In this document: in pieces, positions 29,572 to 39,105 of the stretch
Layout: each line of letters opens with the position of its first letter
Numbering within the stretch: position 1 is the stretch's first letter
IMG/VR virus record: IMGVR_UViG_3300029587_000019
Coordinates: 1-40,932 of that record
DNA length: 40,932 bases
Direction: 5' to 3' (one strand)
Source: a virus
Made by a program: the position numbers and the translations under genes
The notes under the pieces: generated by a model
What the model saw: the letters and a program-made list of their open reading frames with translations, nothing else
Told to the model about the DNA's origin: nothing
Database searches by the model: none

Positions 29572-31026
29572 TCAGTCGGTGGTCTTGGTGTATTTAAGCG
29601 TCGCATCAACACCATTTGTGTATTCTTTGATTCGAGCTAAGGCGTTAGAGCCAAGCTCAAATTTTATAACAGACGAATTTAACATATACTGAGCCGACCA
29701 TGCAGTTGAATCAAAGTACGACCACGGGAGTATCCTGATCCAATCAGCTCTGCAATACACGCGTGCATCTACTAGGCGGTCCAGATGATCGATTCCATGG
29801 CTATACGATGGAAGCTGATTTTCAAAAGCGGATACTGGAATATTAAAGGTCTTTGTGTACACCGGCTTTCCGAGATACCGCTCCGTGGTGCGGTACTCAG
29901 TGCCAAGCGTCATGGGCGGGTTGATCCATTCGACGGGCTGCCAATTCCCGTTATCCTTCAGCATTCGCCACAATCCGTTGGTAGTGCCTCTCGGGTCGGG
30001 CGAAAGGCCGATCAGTGATGCGCTCGTCCCCAATATTTTTGATAGAACGGCAACGATATTCCCGGCCCCAGAATATTGGCCCGTTGAAACTGGGCCACGT
30101 GTATAAATAAGTTGCGATGTTCCGTCGGGCATATCGGCAAGCAACATATCAAGCTTGCCACAGTATGTTTCATAGGTGTCTTTGGCATCGGATGCAAGCA
30201 CATCTTTCATCGCTTCACCCCACCCAAACCCGCCGGGGACGGAGTTGATATTTTTCCGCACCTGCGCCTTCTGTGCATCGCTGAGCGTCTGCGGCGTGTA
30301 GAGCACCGCACCCTGTACGGTGTCCGCGCCGATGTTCGTCCGGGCCTGCGCCTTCTGCTCGTCTGTGAGGTTCTGGGGCGCGTCGTAGCGGACGAAGTTG
30401 CTGGAGCCGCCCACAGGGCCTTCCGGGCCTTGCTTCCCCTCCGGCCCCTGCTTTCCTTCGGGGCCTTGGATGCCCTGCTTGCCCTGCGGGCCTTGCAGGT
30501 TGCCGTTGGGTACCCACTTGCCGTGGACGGAATCCCAGATGTAGATGTTGTACGGAGGCGCAGTGCCCACGCCATACACGTCACCGGCCTTGGGATTGGG
30601 GACGGCTGCCTTGAGGGCGTCCAGCGTATCAAAGTAACCCAAAATGACGAAGCTGGAACCGGCCTCGCCGGGATCGCCCTTGTCGCCCTTTTTACCGGGA
30701 GGGCCGATGGGGCCTTTAATGGACGTCAGCGTGGTCAACGTAAAGGCATACACCCAGTTGGCCGTGCCCTTGAGGTACACCTTGCCATAGTCCGCAGAGG
30801 CCGTGCTGTCCGGCAGAATCAAAACGAACTGGCCGCGCTGGACGTCCGCACCGGTGAAGTCCTGGTTCATCTCGGTTACGCTCTTGTACTCCTTGGTGAT
30901 GCCGATAGGCACACCGGCGGAGGCCAGCCGCGCGTCGATCTCCTCGCCGGAGTAGGCGGATGTGTAATAGTCTTGCAGCTTGGCGAAGATCTCCTCCAAA
31001 ACTGCGATTCTCTGTTCAAGCGTCAT
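29572..31026 (-). CDS. Tail fibre with collagen-like (G-X-Y) repeats
   Basis: GPIGPPGKKGDKGDPGEAG and GPQGKQGIQGPEGKQGPEGKQGPEGPVG. The 3' ~600 nt look lower in GC by eye (not counted). Confidence 0.8.
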   Translation of the reverse strand: MTLEQRIAVLEEIFAKLQDYYTSAYSGEEIDARLASAGVPIGITKEYKSVTEMNQDFTGADVQRGQFVLILPDSTASADYGKVYLKGTANWVYAFTLTTLTSIKGPIGPPGKKGDKGDPGEAGSSFVILGYFDTLDALKAAVPNPKAGDVYGVGTAPPYNIYIWDSVHGKWVPNGNLQGPQGKQGIQGPEGKQGPEGKQGPEGPVGGSSNFVRYDAPQNLTDEQKAQARTNIGADTVQGAVLYTPQTLSDAQKAQVRKNINSVPGGFGWGEAMKDVLASDAKDTYETYCGKLDMLLADMPDGTSQLIYTRGPVSTGQYSGAGNIVAVLSKILGTSASLIGLSPDPRGTTNGLWRMLKDNGNWQPVEWINPPMTLGTEYRTTERYLGKPVYTKTFNIPVSAFENQLPSYSHGIDHLDRLVDARVYCRADWIRILPWSYFDSTAWSAQYMLNSSVIKFELGSNALARIKEYTNGVDATLKYTKTTD

Positions 31027-31036
31027 TGGAATCACC

Positions 31037-33256
31037 TCACACGATGAAAAGTTTGTTCAGACGGTCGAAAAACAATCCGCCGCCACGCTGGACCAACGGC
31101 CCGGCTTTTGCTTGCCCGAATTTGCGGTAGTACAAAATAACACAGCCGTCCGCGCTTGGGCCGCCTGGGCCGCCTAAACCGCCGGACCCGGGTGTGCCGG
31201 GGGTAATGGTGCCGTTTCCGTTCTTCACGGCAATGCCGCCGGATCCGGCGCCGCCGCCTCCGTAGCCGCCACGTCCGCCCCTGCCGTACCGCTTCGGCTT
31301 GGAGGGGATAAGCGTGGCCGTCATGCCGTCCGCACCGGGGCCGCCGGTCACATCAACGGTTGTCTCGCCCGGCAGGCCGCGTCCGGAGGATCCGGCTTTT
31401 CCGTTGGCTCCCGCCGCCGGGCCGCCGCCCAGACCGGAGCTGTACCAGCCGAAACTGCGCGGGGTGCTTGTTGATGCGATTCTGGTCATGCTGACTTTTC
31501 CCTCGCTGCCAGCCACAGGGCCGGGGGTAAAAGCGTTCCCGTCCTCGTCATAAGCAATCGTGCCATTGACATATTGCTGGACGCTATCATCTGTGTACTC
31601 ACTCACAGACGGATCACGTCCGGCGCCGTCGCCGCCGGGGAGGCCGTCCTCACCGACGCCGCCGAACTGCTCCCCGGTGATGGGATCCGTGAAGCCCCAA
31701 TCGGGGGCAGACGCGCCCGCCGTAGTCATGCCGTGGAACACCGTATCCGTGCCGTCCGTGCCGGGGAGATCGTCCGGGCTAAATTCGGCGCCCTTGCCGC
31801 TTTTTCCGCAAGCATAGGCAAGGCTTTTCAACTGGGACACGTCGAGATCGCCCTCGACGATCCTGCCGCCCATGCCGCCCTTGCCGCCGAGACCGCCCTT
31901 GCCACCCAGCGCCAATGCGTAGCCGTCTACCCGATCCTCAAAAACCGGGTTTGTCCACGAGAACTTAGGCCCCGATTGGGTATCTTCGCCCTTTTCGCCG
32001 CAGCGCCCGCCCTGTCCGGCGGAGATCATCACATAGTGGATCGTTGTGGTGCCTTCCGGGATCTGGAACTCGCCGGAGCCGGTGAGGACTACCCGCTCGT
32101 CCAGATACTCCGCCGCCTCCGGCTGCGCCGGGGTGAAGCCGACCAATGCATCCATGCTGCTTTTAAGTGTCGCGCTCATGGTGGTGTCGAGGGACTGGAT
32201 ACACGCAGAAACCATCTTCTTATCGTAAGGGTGATACACGCTTACCACGTGGCCCGGTTTCTCATGTCCACTCACAATGTCATTGGTGATAGTTTCGCGG
32301 CATCGGTAATAGTCCGCAAGGCGCTTCGCCACGGCGTAGGAATTCACCAGAGATACCAGTGTGGCATCTGTAACTGATTTGATGTTTTCCACAGCGCCAG
32401 CCGTCACAGGCTGCGTGATTAGGCGGGTGTTGTGGATATACGCCTTGCCGGTCAGTGCGCCAGTGCCAGCGGAAATCTTGGCGTAGTTCGCGCCGCTTTC
32501 CAAGATTGTGAAGCCAGTCGCAGAGAGGGAGTGCATCGGCTCGGAGAATGTGATGATATCGCCATTCTGCGCCGTGCCGGAGTATAGCTCCTTTACTTCC
32601 GTTCCCGCAACGTATTGATGCTCCGTTACCGTCACAGCAGAAATGGGGTCGCTATACCCAACCTTTCCACCGCTCAAATACATTCTGTTACCTTGAATCA
32701 CAGACGCCGTTCCATCCCACAGGGAATCAATGTGCAAAACGCCGTTTAGGTCGGTTGTCAAATATGCGCCAATTGCAAAAAGCACTTGCGCCAGGTTGTC
32801 CCTTGCGCTTTTGCCTTGCCCGTTTGTTTTCGGCTGGCAATACGGGAGCCAGCCGTATAGTTTAACGTTTGCAAAAACGCTCTTGACCACAACCGGAACC
32901 GCACCGCAAATATCGGAAATTACCTCAGAAACGGTTTGCCCTGTATAAATGCCGCCTTTATGCGGGATCGTTGCCAATAAACCGACCGCAGACCACGCTA
33001 CAATTTTATATGCGGTTGCGCCCGTCCGCTCAATCGACCGTAAATAGTAAGTCTGCATTGATGCGTTAGAATCGTTTTCCCAGAAACGAATAGCGTCATT
33101 CTTCTGAAATGACATAATCGAAGGATCGTCGCATCGCACAACAACTGTCAGCGTATCGGCAGAAATACTCTCACAGCTTAATGACTGCTCTCGTGTGGGC
33201 GCAGCTTTTTCTGTTCGGGAAGAATCAAACATCCAATTTTTGTAGGTGATCTTCAT
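31037..33256 (-). CDS. Tail-associated protein (Tal / baseplate hub-like) with a glycine-rich C-terminal half
   Basis: 739 aa after Dit. Contains GGKGGLGGKGGMGG and GRGGRGGYGGGGAGSGG. Confidence 0.7.
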   Translation of the reverse strand: MKITYKNWMFDSSRTEKAAPTREQSLSCESISADTLTVVVRCDDPSIMSFQKNDAIRFWENDSNASMQTYYLRSIERTGATAYKIVAWSAVGLLATIPHKGGIYTGQTVSEVISDICGAVPVVVKSVFANVKLYGWLPYCQPKTNGQGKSARDNLAQVLFAIGAYLTTDLNGVLHIDSLWDGTASVIQGNRMYLSGGKVGYSDPISAVTVTEHQYVAGTEVKELYSGTAQNGDIITFSEPMHSLSATGFTILESGANYAKISAGTGALTGKAYIHNTRLITQPVTAGAVENIKSVTDATLVSLVNSYAVAKRLADYYRCRETITNDIVSGHEKPGHVVSVYHPYDKKMVSACIQSLDTTMSATLKSSMDALVGFTPAQPEAAEYLDERVVLTGSGEFQIPEGTTTIHYVMISAGQGGRCGEKGEDTQSGPKFSWTNPVFEDRVDGYALALGGKGGLGGKGGMGGRIVEGDLDVSQLKSLAYACGKSGKGAEFSPDDLPGTDGTDTVFHGMTTAGASAPDWGFTDPITGEQFGGVGEDGLPGGDGAGRDPSVSEYTDDSVQQYVNGTIAYDEDGNAFTPGPVAGSEGKVSMTRIASTSTPRSFGWYSSGLGGGPAAGANGKAGSSGRGLPGETTVDVTGGPGADGMTATLIPSKPKRYGRGGRGGYGGGGAGSGGIAVKNGNGTITPGTPGSGGLGGPGGPSADGCVILYYRKFGQAKAGPLVQRGGGLFFDRLNKLFIV

Positions 33257-33257
33257 A

Positions 33258-33629
33258 TCATTTCTCCGTAAACGCAAGCACCATGCCCGTCCAATATTCT
33301 ACAGCGTTCGTTCCGGTTCCTCTGTCAACGCCTTCTGGAGGATCGCACGTCATGTTTGCCGTGCGATATCCTCCGCTTTGGGTGTCGAAAAAATATACGC
33401 TCAGATTTCCACTGTACAGTTGCTCGAGTAACGTGTTCAGCTGTGTTTCCGTTAGAGGCATACACGTACAGGTAATAACTGCCTTGATTGCAAGCACATC
33501 TTCCGTAAAACTGCCGTCCAGCATATACCCCTCGTTTGGCCCTTTGATTTTTTTGTGTCCCACCTTGTAGCCGACCGGCGTAAAGTAGGATGTAAAATCA
33601 ATACCGTTGATCTTGATCGTTTTACTCAT
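33258..33629 (-). CDS. Distal tail protein (Dit-like, short)
   Basis: 123 aa, located between the tape measure and Tal. Confidence 0.55.
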   Translation of the reverse strand: MSKTIKINGIDFTSYFTPVGYKVGHKKIKGPNEGYMLDGSFTEDVLAIKAVITCTCMPLTETQLNTLLEQLYSGNLSVYFFDTQSGGYRTANMTCDPPEGVDRGTGTNAVEYWTGMVLAFTEK

Positions 33630-35419
33630 GCGCCGCTCCTTAATGTCTCCGCTGCGTTGTACGGCACCATTTTTCGCGCCAATACCGCGCCGTCAAGTTC
33701 GGTTGTCAAATTGATTACAATACTTCCCACACCGCCGGTCGCCAATGCACCAACACCGGACGCAATAGAGTTGCCGATCGCCGCGACGCCGGATGCTCCA
33801 AAATCGACTGATGCCGTTCCAAAGTCCATGCCAGATGCAATGCTGCGCTTGATATTGCCGTATTCGTTATCCCAGCCCTCGCCCAAGCCAAGCACCATGT
33901 TTTCGCCGATCCCGGCGAAGACGCGGGACGGTGAGTGAATACCGAGAACGCCTTTTACGCCATCCACAATGCCGTCGAAAAAGCCCTTTACCATGTTTGT
34001 TAGCCAATCGCCCATTCTCTTGATGCCTTCCCAGATTCCTTTAACAAGGGCTATTCCGATTTCGATGGCGGCTTCGCCGATATAGCCTATGGACTGGATA
34101 AACGCGGATGCAAGGTTTTTGATAATCTCAGGGGCTGCATCCAAAAGCTTTGGCAGATTATCAATTAGGCCTTCTGCAAGCGCAACAATAAACATTGTGC
34201 TTGCTTCAATAAGGGCAACAAGTGTGTCTGGCTGAGTCAATATTTCCGCAATCTGTACCACGCAATCAACCAACTGCGGTGCAATTTCCGGCATGGCCGA
34301 CGCGATGCCTTGTACCAGAGCAATTAGCATTTGCACTCCTGCGTCTAATAATTGCGGAATAACCGACAAAATTGCTCCCGTAATTTCAGGGGCTATATCC
34401 GCAAGTGCCGCAACAATTCCGGGAGCTGCGTCTACAACTCCCTGCACTAAAGCAGTGGCAGCACTCACAAGCGACGGCAAAACAGAGCTAACAAGCGATG
34501 GCAACTGCTCGGAAATAACCGGGGCAAGCCGTGTAATTAAATCCCCAAACCCGGTAAAAATCTTTTCAATGCGCGGAAGAATATTTTCGGCCGCTTTGCC
34601 GACCGAATAGGTGAAGTTTTCAATCAGCTGGTCAAGGTCTGCGTTATCGTCTGCAATTCCGGTTACAAGGTTTGACCAAGCGGATTTCATCATGTTAACG
34701 CTGCCTTCGATAGTGCTTGCCGCTTCCTCCGCCGTTGTCCCGGTGATCCCCATTTGATCTTGGATCACATGGATTGCTTCAATCATCTTGTCGAAAGAAA
34801 CGCTATTGACTGTGTCCGCTGTGACCTCGACGGTATCGCCCAACACCCCTGAATCGTTGATAAGCCGCGCCATTTCTGTCGCCGTGCCACCATAACCGAG
34901 TTTGAGGTTATCCAGCATGGTATAGTTTTGCTTTGCGAAACCTTGATAGGCGTTTTGGATCATTTCCATACTTGTGCCCATCTTGTTCGCGTTATCCGCC
35001 ATGTCAATGACAGCCTGGTTTGCTACCTCCGCCGCCTTTTCTGTGTCACCGCCAAGCCCCTGCAACAGCGACGCCGAAAATGACGTAACTGTGTCCATAT
35101 ACTCATTAGCGGAAAGCCCTGCGGTTTCATACGCACGGTTCGCATATTCTATGACTTTATCGGCAGAGTTTTTGAACAGTGTCTCTACGCCTCCGACAAG
35201 CTGCTCGTATTCCGCGTATCCGTCAATGGATTTTTTTGTCAATATGGAGATGCCGGTTGCAGCTGCCGTTAAAGCAGCCGCACCAGCCTTCGCCGCCGTT
35301 GCAAGCCCGCCTTTCAGTTTGCTTGCCAACGCATCCGCTTTTTGTCCTGTCTCGGAAAACCCACTGTCCACGCCGCTGTCGTCCACAGTTACCTTGATAA
35401 ACAGGTCCATTAAATTCAT
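33626..35419 (-). CDS. Tape measure protein
   Basis: 597 aa, Ala/Gly/Ile-rich helical, positioned after the chaperones. Confidence 0.85.
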   Translation of the reverse strand: MNLMDLFIKVTVDDSGVDSGFSETGQKADALASKLKGGLATAAKAGAAALTAAATGISILTKKSIDGYAEYEQLVGGVETLFKNSADKVIEYANRAYETAGLSANEYMDTVTSFSASLLQGLGGDTEKAAEVANQAVIDMADNANKMGTSMEMIQNAYQGFAKQNYTMLDNLKLGYGGTATEMARLINDSGVLGDTVEVTADTVNSVSFDKMIEAIHVIQDQMGITGTTAEEAASTIEGSVNMMKSAWSNLVTGIADDNADLDQLIENFTYSVGKAAENILPRIEKIFTGFGDLITRLAPVISEQLPSLVSSVLPSLVSAATALVQGVVDAAPGIVAALADIAPEITGAILSVIPQLLDAGVQMLIALVQGIASAMPEIAPQLVDCVVQIAEILTQPDTLVALIEASTMFIVALAEGLIDNLPKLLDAAPEIIKNLASAFIQSIGYIGEAAIEIGIALVKGIWEGIKRMGDWLTNMVKGFFDGIVDGVKGVLGIHSPSRVFAGIGENMVLGLGEGWDNEYGNIKRSIASGMDFGTASVDFGASGVAAIGNSIASGVGALATGGVGSIVINLTTELDGAVLARKMVPYNAAETLRSGA

Positions 35420-35634
35420 GCTTTCACCACCAATCCGCACCGCGCGACCACATCGGCGGTGATCTCTTCACATGTCCTGTTGTCCTGCTTCTTCGGCTCA
35501 ATAATGTCCGCGTATCGCGCCTTGATGTAGTTCCCGCCCGCGTATCGTGCCGTGTTTTCGGCCACAATTCGCAGCGCGTCGGTCACATAGATGCGATATG
35601 CCTCGGTTTTCGCTCTCTCTTTGGCCCGCGCCAC
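35416..35634 (-). CDS. Tail assembly chaperone T-segment (-1 frame relative to 35655..36050)
   Basis: The frame stays open across the upstream stop codon. No RBS for independent initiation. Confidence 0.5.
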   Translation of the reverse strand: MARAKERAKTEAYRIYVTDALRIVAENTARYAGGNYIKARYADIIEPKKQDNRTCEEITADVVARCGLVVKA

Positions 35635-35654
35635 ACAGTACCACAGGAAAGGCT

Positions 35655-36050
35655 TTACTTGTTTTCGCCCTCGGTATTCTCCTGCGCAGAGCCAGAGGAT
35701 TTCCCGCTCTGCGCTGAGATAAAAAGTTCTCCAAACGCCTCATCCGTCAGAAGTTCTGTTGCGTCCCGCATCAGTTTTGCGAGATTCAGCGTCCCCTTGT
35801 AGGCTTCTGCGCTTACGCCTTCGATAGCAGAAAGGATATCGATGATATCCCCCTTATGCTGCTTGAGCAGTGCAGGGAGCGCTTTACGCGCCCGCTGCAT
35901 TGCAAACTCCTTCACCGTCATTCCCTCGGGGATCTTTTCACGCCGAAACATGGCGGATGCCTTTTCGTCCTCTGCAATGTTGGCAATGGGGTCAATGATA
36001 TCTGCGATAACATCAAACACCCGCTCGCCATGAATGTCGGAAAGTTTCAT
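35655..36050 (-). CDS. Tail assembly chaperone (G-like)
   Basis: 131 aa, acidic, between the major tail and tape measure genes. Start MKLSDIHGE. Confidence 0.65.
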   Translation of the reverse strand: MKLSDIHGERVFDVIADIIDPIANIAEDEKASAMFRREKIPEGMTVKEFAMQRARKALPALLKQHKGDIIDILSAIEGVSAEAYKGTLNLAKLMRDATELLTDEAFGELFISAQSGKSSGSAQENTEGENK

Positions 36051-36051
36051 A

Positions 36052-36636
36052 TCAGCCCTCCGCCGTACCGGCCTTAATGTAGATCTCAAAGGGGACCGTG
36101 TCCTGTGCTGCCATGGAGTAGTGGGCGGTATACTCAAATGTAAACTGCCCCTTTGCCTTGTCGCTGGTCTGCAGCTGGAAGCCGCCGGTGGACAGTGCAT
36201 TCATCAGGTGAATGGCGATGAAGCCGCCATTTTTATCGCCGTTCTTGTCGGAGTAGTCGCCCACCAGCCAGATGTCGGCAAAGTCAGCGTCCGCCAGATC
36301 GTTCCGAGGCGTGACCTTTCCATCGCTGGTACCCACATCGGCAGCACCGCAAAGGCTCTTTGCGATCTTGGTGTCTGCGTTGATAAACGTACCCGTCATC
36401 TTCGCCTCCCAGGAATCCAGCCGTTTCAGCTCCTTCATGTTCTTGGGGCAGTTGTCAATGTCCTCGCCAAAGTCCGAATAGGTCGGCGTTGCGGTAAAAT
36501 TCACGCCGCCGGTAGTCGCGCCGATCTGTCCCGCCTCTCCGATGGTTCCGGTGGCCGGGGTGAAATCGGTGGTCAGAATACCGGCGTTGATCTGTAATTT
36601 CTGAAATGCGTCGGAAGGGATTTTTGTAAATTTCAT
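36052..36636 (-). CDS. Major tail protein
   Basis: 194 aa. Position and a TP901-1/phi13-like pattern support the call. Confidence 0.75.
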   Translation of the reverse strand: MKFTKIPSDAFQKLQINAGILTTDFTPATGTIGEAGQIGATTGGVNFTATPTYSDFGEDIDNCPKNMKELKRLDSWEAKMTGTFINADTKIAKSLCGAADVGTSDGKVTPRNDLADADFADIWLVGDYSDKNGDKNGGFIAIHLMNALSTGGFQLQTSDKAKGQFTFEYTAHYSMAAQDTVPFEIYIKAGTAEG

Positions 36637-36651
36637 ATCGTCGTCCTTTCA

Positions 36652-37020
36652 TCAGTTTTGCGACAGGTATTCCACAGTGATGTTGAGATACCGCCGCTTG
36701 ATGTTTTTATCGCTTTCGTCCGCGATGTTCTGGCACCACGGGGAGCCGCGCTTGATCCACATTGCCCCGTCGTCGTACGGCACCATGCAGCCGCCCATGC
36801 CGATGGCGTCAGAGATTTCCTGTGCCTTGGCGTTGGGAATTGCCTCGCTTTCCGTGTAATACCAGAGGTTTACCGTCAGAGCGATTCCCCCGCTCTCCCA
36901 TGACCCGGTAATCAGTTCATAGGTCAGCCACGGGAACGTCGCGTCCTCCGGCACATTGGATGTTGGAAATGCCGGGAGGAATTGAGAAAACCACGCATGG
37001 AGCGCCTTATCCTTCGTCAT
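36652..37020 (-). CDS. Tail completion / neck protein (putative)
   Basis: 122 aa immediately upstream of the major tail gene. Confidence 0.45.
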   Translation of the reverse strand: MTKDKALHAWFSQFLPAFPTSNVPEDATFPWLTYELITGSWESGGIALTVNLWYYTESEAIPNAKAQEISDAIGMGGCMVPYDDGAMWIKRGSPWCQNIADESDKNIKRRYLNITVEYLSQN

Positions 37021-37376
37021 TTTGGCAGCTCCTTTCGCTCCGCAGTGAAGAATTTCAGCGCCCGGATTGCCGGTCCGGCAGATTTCGGAGCCGCCTTCTC
37101 CTCCGGGTTAGACGTCACCCGGTAGGTCAGCCCCGTTTCCCCATCCCGGAAATAATCGTTGTACTCAATGGGCACGTCCCGGTTGACCAGTGCGGAATAC
37201 ACCGAGGTCACGCCCTCCTGTTCCGCCCTCCGGGCCTCCATGGATGTATCAAGCGCCTGATAGTTGAGGAATTCCGCGCCCTCGGCCCACGCAACGATGT
37301 AGCCGCCCGCGCCGTCCGGCGTTCTCTTTTTTTCCATCAGCACACAGGTGCGGGCAAAATCATCCAAAAGGCTCAT
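37017..37376 (-). CDS. Head closure / head-tail adaptor (putative)
   Basis: 119 aa in the neck module. Confidence 0.5.
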   Translation of the reverse strand: MSLLDDFARTCVLMEKKRTPDGAGGYIVAWAEGAEFLNYQALDTSMEARRAEQEGVTSVYSALVNRDVPIEYNDYFRDGETGLTYRVTSNPEEKAAPKSAGPAIRALKFFTAERKELPK

Positions 37377-37737
37377 ATGATGCCTCCTTTTGATACCACG
37401 GCTTAAAGGTTTTTATTTTGCTCAAAAGACTTTTTGTATCTCCATCAAAGCAAATTGCTCTATCATCTATATAGACAATTGCTGGTGGCTTTTCCTTGCA
37501 TACTTTATCAACATATTGAGCGAGGCCGTTATGATAGAGCCATTTTTGAATAGCCTCGATTCCCTCATAAGTCGAGCATCGTGTTGAGACTATTACAATC
37601 TCAAATTCTTCGTGGAGCCCTGCAAGTGCGTTTTTAATACCGGGGACAGGAGGATCGGGAATGCAGGTTTCACCTTTCCAGCCACTTGTATAAGAATGGA
37701 TAACTCCATCAAAATCGAATACAACTGTTTTTTTCAC
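37360..37737 (-). CDS. HAD-superfamily phosphatase-like protein, a lower-GC insertion in the neck module
   Basis: VVFDFDGVIH (DxDG motif I), ...VSTR..., ...YIDDRA. Confidence 0.6.
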   Translation of the reverse strand: MKKTVVFDFDGVIHSYTSGWKGETCIPDPPVPGIKNALAGLHEEFEIVIVSTRCSTYEGIEAIQKWLYHNGLAQYVDKVCKEKPPAIVYIDDRAICFDGDTKSLLSKIKTFKPWYQKEASYEPFG

Positions 37738-38169
37738 TTAAATCCCTCCTATCCTCCGCCAGTCATTCAGCCGCCCTCTAAAAGCGTCCTGCCAGCCTGT
37801 TATGGCTGATGTGCCTCCAGTTCCGCCGCTTGCCTTGGTATAGCTGTAGCCGCCGAAGCTCTCGCTTGTATAAGGGCTTAAAACGGCTTCGCCGTTCTTT
37901 TCCTGCCATGCGTCAATGTCTTCCGAGAGAGAAACTACCGCCTTTGGCACCGCCAGCGCCCACACTGTCCCGGTGAACACCTCGTCCGTCAGGTCAACCG
38001 CTGGATACAGGTGCAGCCCATCGTTGAACACGGAGCCGCAGATGCGGAAATATTGATTGGTTTGGAGAAAAGGCAGCGCAATGCTGCCATTCTCCACGGT
38101 GAATGTGCCCTCGTGAATGTCCACAAGGAACCAGTTGTTCAAGTGCCGTAAGACCTGTTCAAGCATCAC
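37738..38169 (-). CDS. Head-tail connector protein (putative)
   Basis: 143 aa directly after the major capsid gene. Confidence 0.45.
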   Translation of the reverse strand: MMLEQVLRHLNNWFLVDIHEGTFTVENGSIALPFLQTNQYFRICGSVFNDGLHLYPAVDLTDEVFTGTVWALAVPKAVVSLSEDIDAWQEKNGEAVLSPYTSESFGGYSYTKASGGTGGTSAITGWQDAFRGRLNDWRRIGGI

Positions 38170-38182
38170 GCTGCCCCCTTAT

Positions 38183-39085
38183 TTAGCCCGCAGCAGCCGC
38201 AGCAACGGTAGCCACGGCAATGCCGTCCAGATACTCAGCCCACAGCTTCATGCCCATGATGGCGTACATATCGCCGGTGGCGCGGCTGTAATCGCCGTCG
38301 ACGTGAACGCCGATCAGGTTTGTTTCGCCCTTCACGGTGTAGTTCAGGCCCAGCTTGGCAAAGTCGCTGTCGCTGGGGTCCACATAGTACAGGTCGATGT
38401 TTTCCACGGGCAGAGCAATCACCTTCTTGGAGGCAATGTACTTCTCGGGCAGCAGGAACAGGGTGCGGTAGCCCATGAAGTTCTCCACGTAGTTGATGCC
38501 GAACATCGTCTGCACGGTGATCTCCTTGTCGCCCAGGTAATCGTAAGCGTCGATGATGTTGGCAAAGCCCACCACCTCGGTCACGTCCTTGTCGAGACCG
38601 GCAAACTTGTCCAGCACCTTGCCCTTAGCCATAGCCAGAGCACGCTGCCACGTCTTCTCGGTCACCTTCAAAGTGCCGGTACCGAGGAAGGTATAGAAGT
38701 CGGTCAGGACCTTGTTCTGCAGGGCAACGAGGAAAGCCTCGTCGGTCTTCTCCACGGCAACGTCAGCGCCGTACTTTGCCACGCTCTCGATCGTCACGCT
38801 CTTGGCATACTTGGAAATGTCGATGTCGCCGTAGGCAACAGGCTCCACCTTCATCTTGGTGAAGGGGATCTCGTCACCCTCAGCCACAGTGCCGCCCTTG
38901 AGACCGCCGTCCACGCTGGCCTTGTAGGAAACCAGCTTCGTGCCGGGGGCCTTGCGGATGGGACGCATAATGCCCATGATGTTGCGCAGTGCGTCCCAGT
39001 TATCAGCGAAGCGGGACACGAAATCCACCTCACGGGCAGAAGTGGTAAACTGGGCAGAAGTTGTTACGTTAGTTTTCGCAGCCAT
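38183..39085 (-). CDS. Major capsid protein
   Basis: 300 aa after the scaffold gene, with a capsid-like sequence pattern. Confidence 0.85.
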   Translation of the reverse strand: MAAKTNVTTSAQFTTSAREVDFVSRFADNWDALRNIMGIMRPIRKAPGTKLVSYKASVDGGLKGGTVAEGDEIPFTKMKVEPVAYGDIDISKYAKSVTIESVAKYGADVAVEKTDEAFLVALQNKVLTDFYTFLGTGTLKVTEKTWQRALAMAKGKVLDKFAGLDKDVTEVVGFANIIDAYDYLGDKEITVQTMFGINYVENFMGYRTLFLLPEKYIASKKVIALPVENIDLYYVDPSDSDFAKLGLNYTVKGETNLIGVHVDGDYSRATGDMYAIMGMKLWAEYLDGIAVATVAAAAAG

Positions 39086-39105
39086 AAATAGCTCCTTTCA
39101 AAAAA

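Noticed and set aside
30112-31047. 311-aa plus-strand ORF
   Set aside because: It is antisense to the collagen-like tail fibre gene and is a shadow of the G-X-Y repeats. It has no start context.
35498-35743. 81-aa minus-strand ORF overlapping the chaperone genes
   Set aside because: It is the third frame of the chaperone overlap region, Arg-rich, with no RBS. The -1 frame (35416..35634) fits the conserved G/T arrangement instead.
35655-36200. Long form of the chaperone ORF (181 aa)
   Set aside because: The first 50 codons overlap the major tail gene and are Pro/Arg-rich. The internal ATG at 36050 lies just after the major tail stop codon and gives a typical acidic chaperone.
38117-39091. 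324-aa plus-strand ORF
   Set aside because: It is exactly antisense to the major capsid gene. It has a repetitive, low-complexity composition (runs of H, V, L, G) and no RBS. This is a typical shadow ORF in GC-rich DNA.
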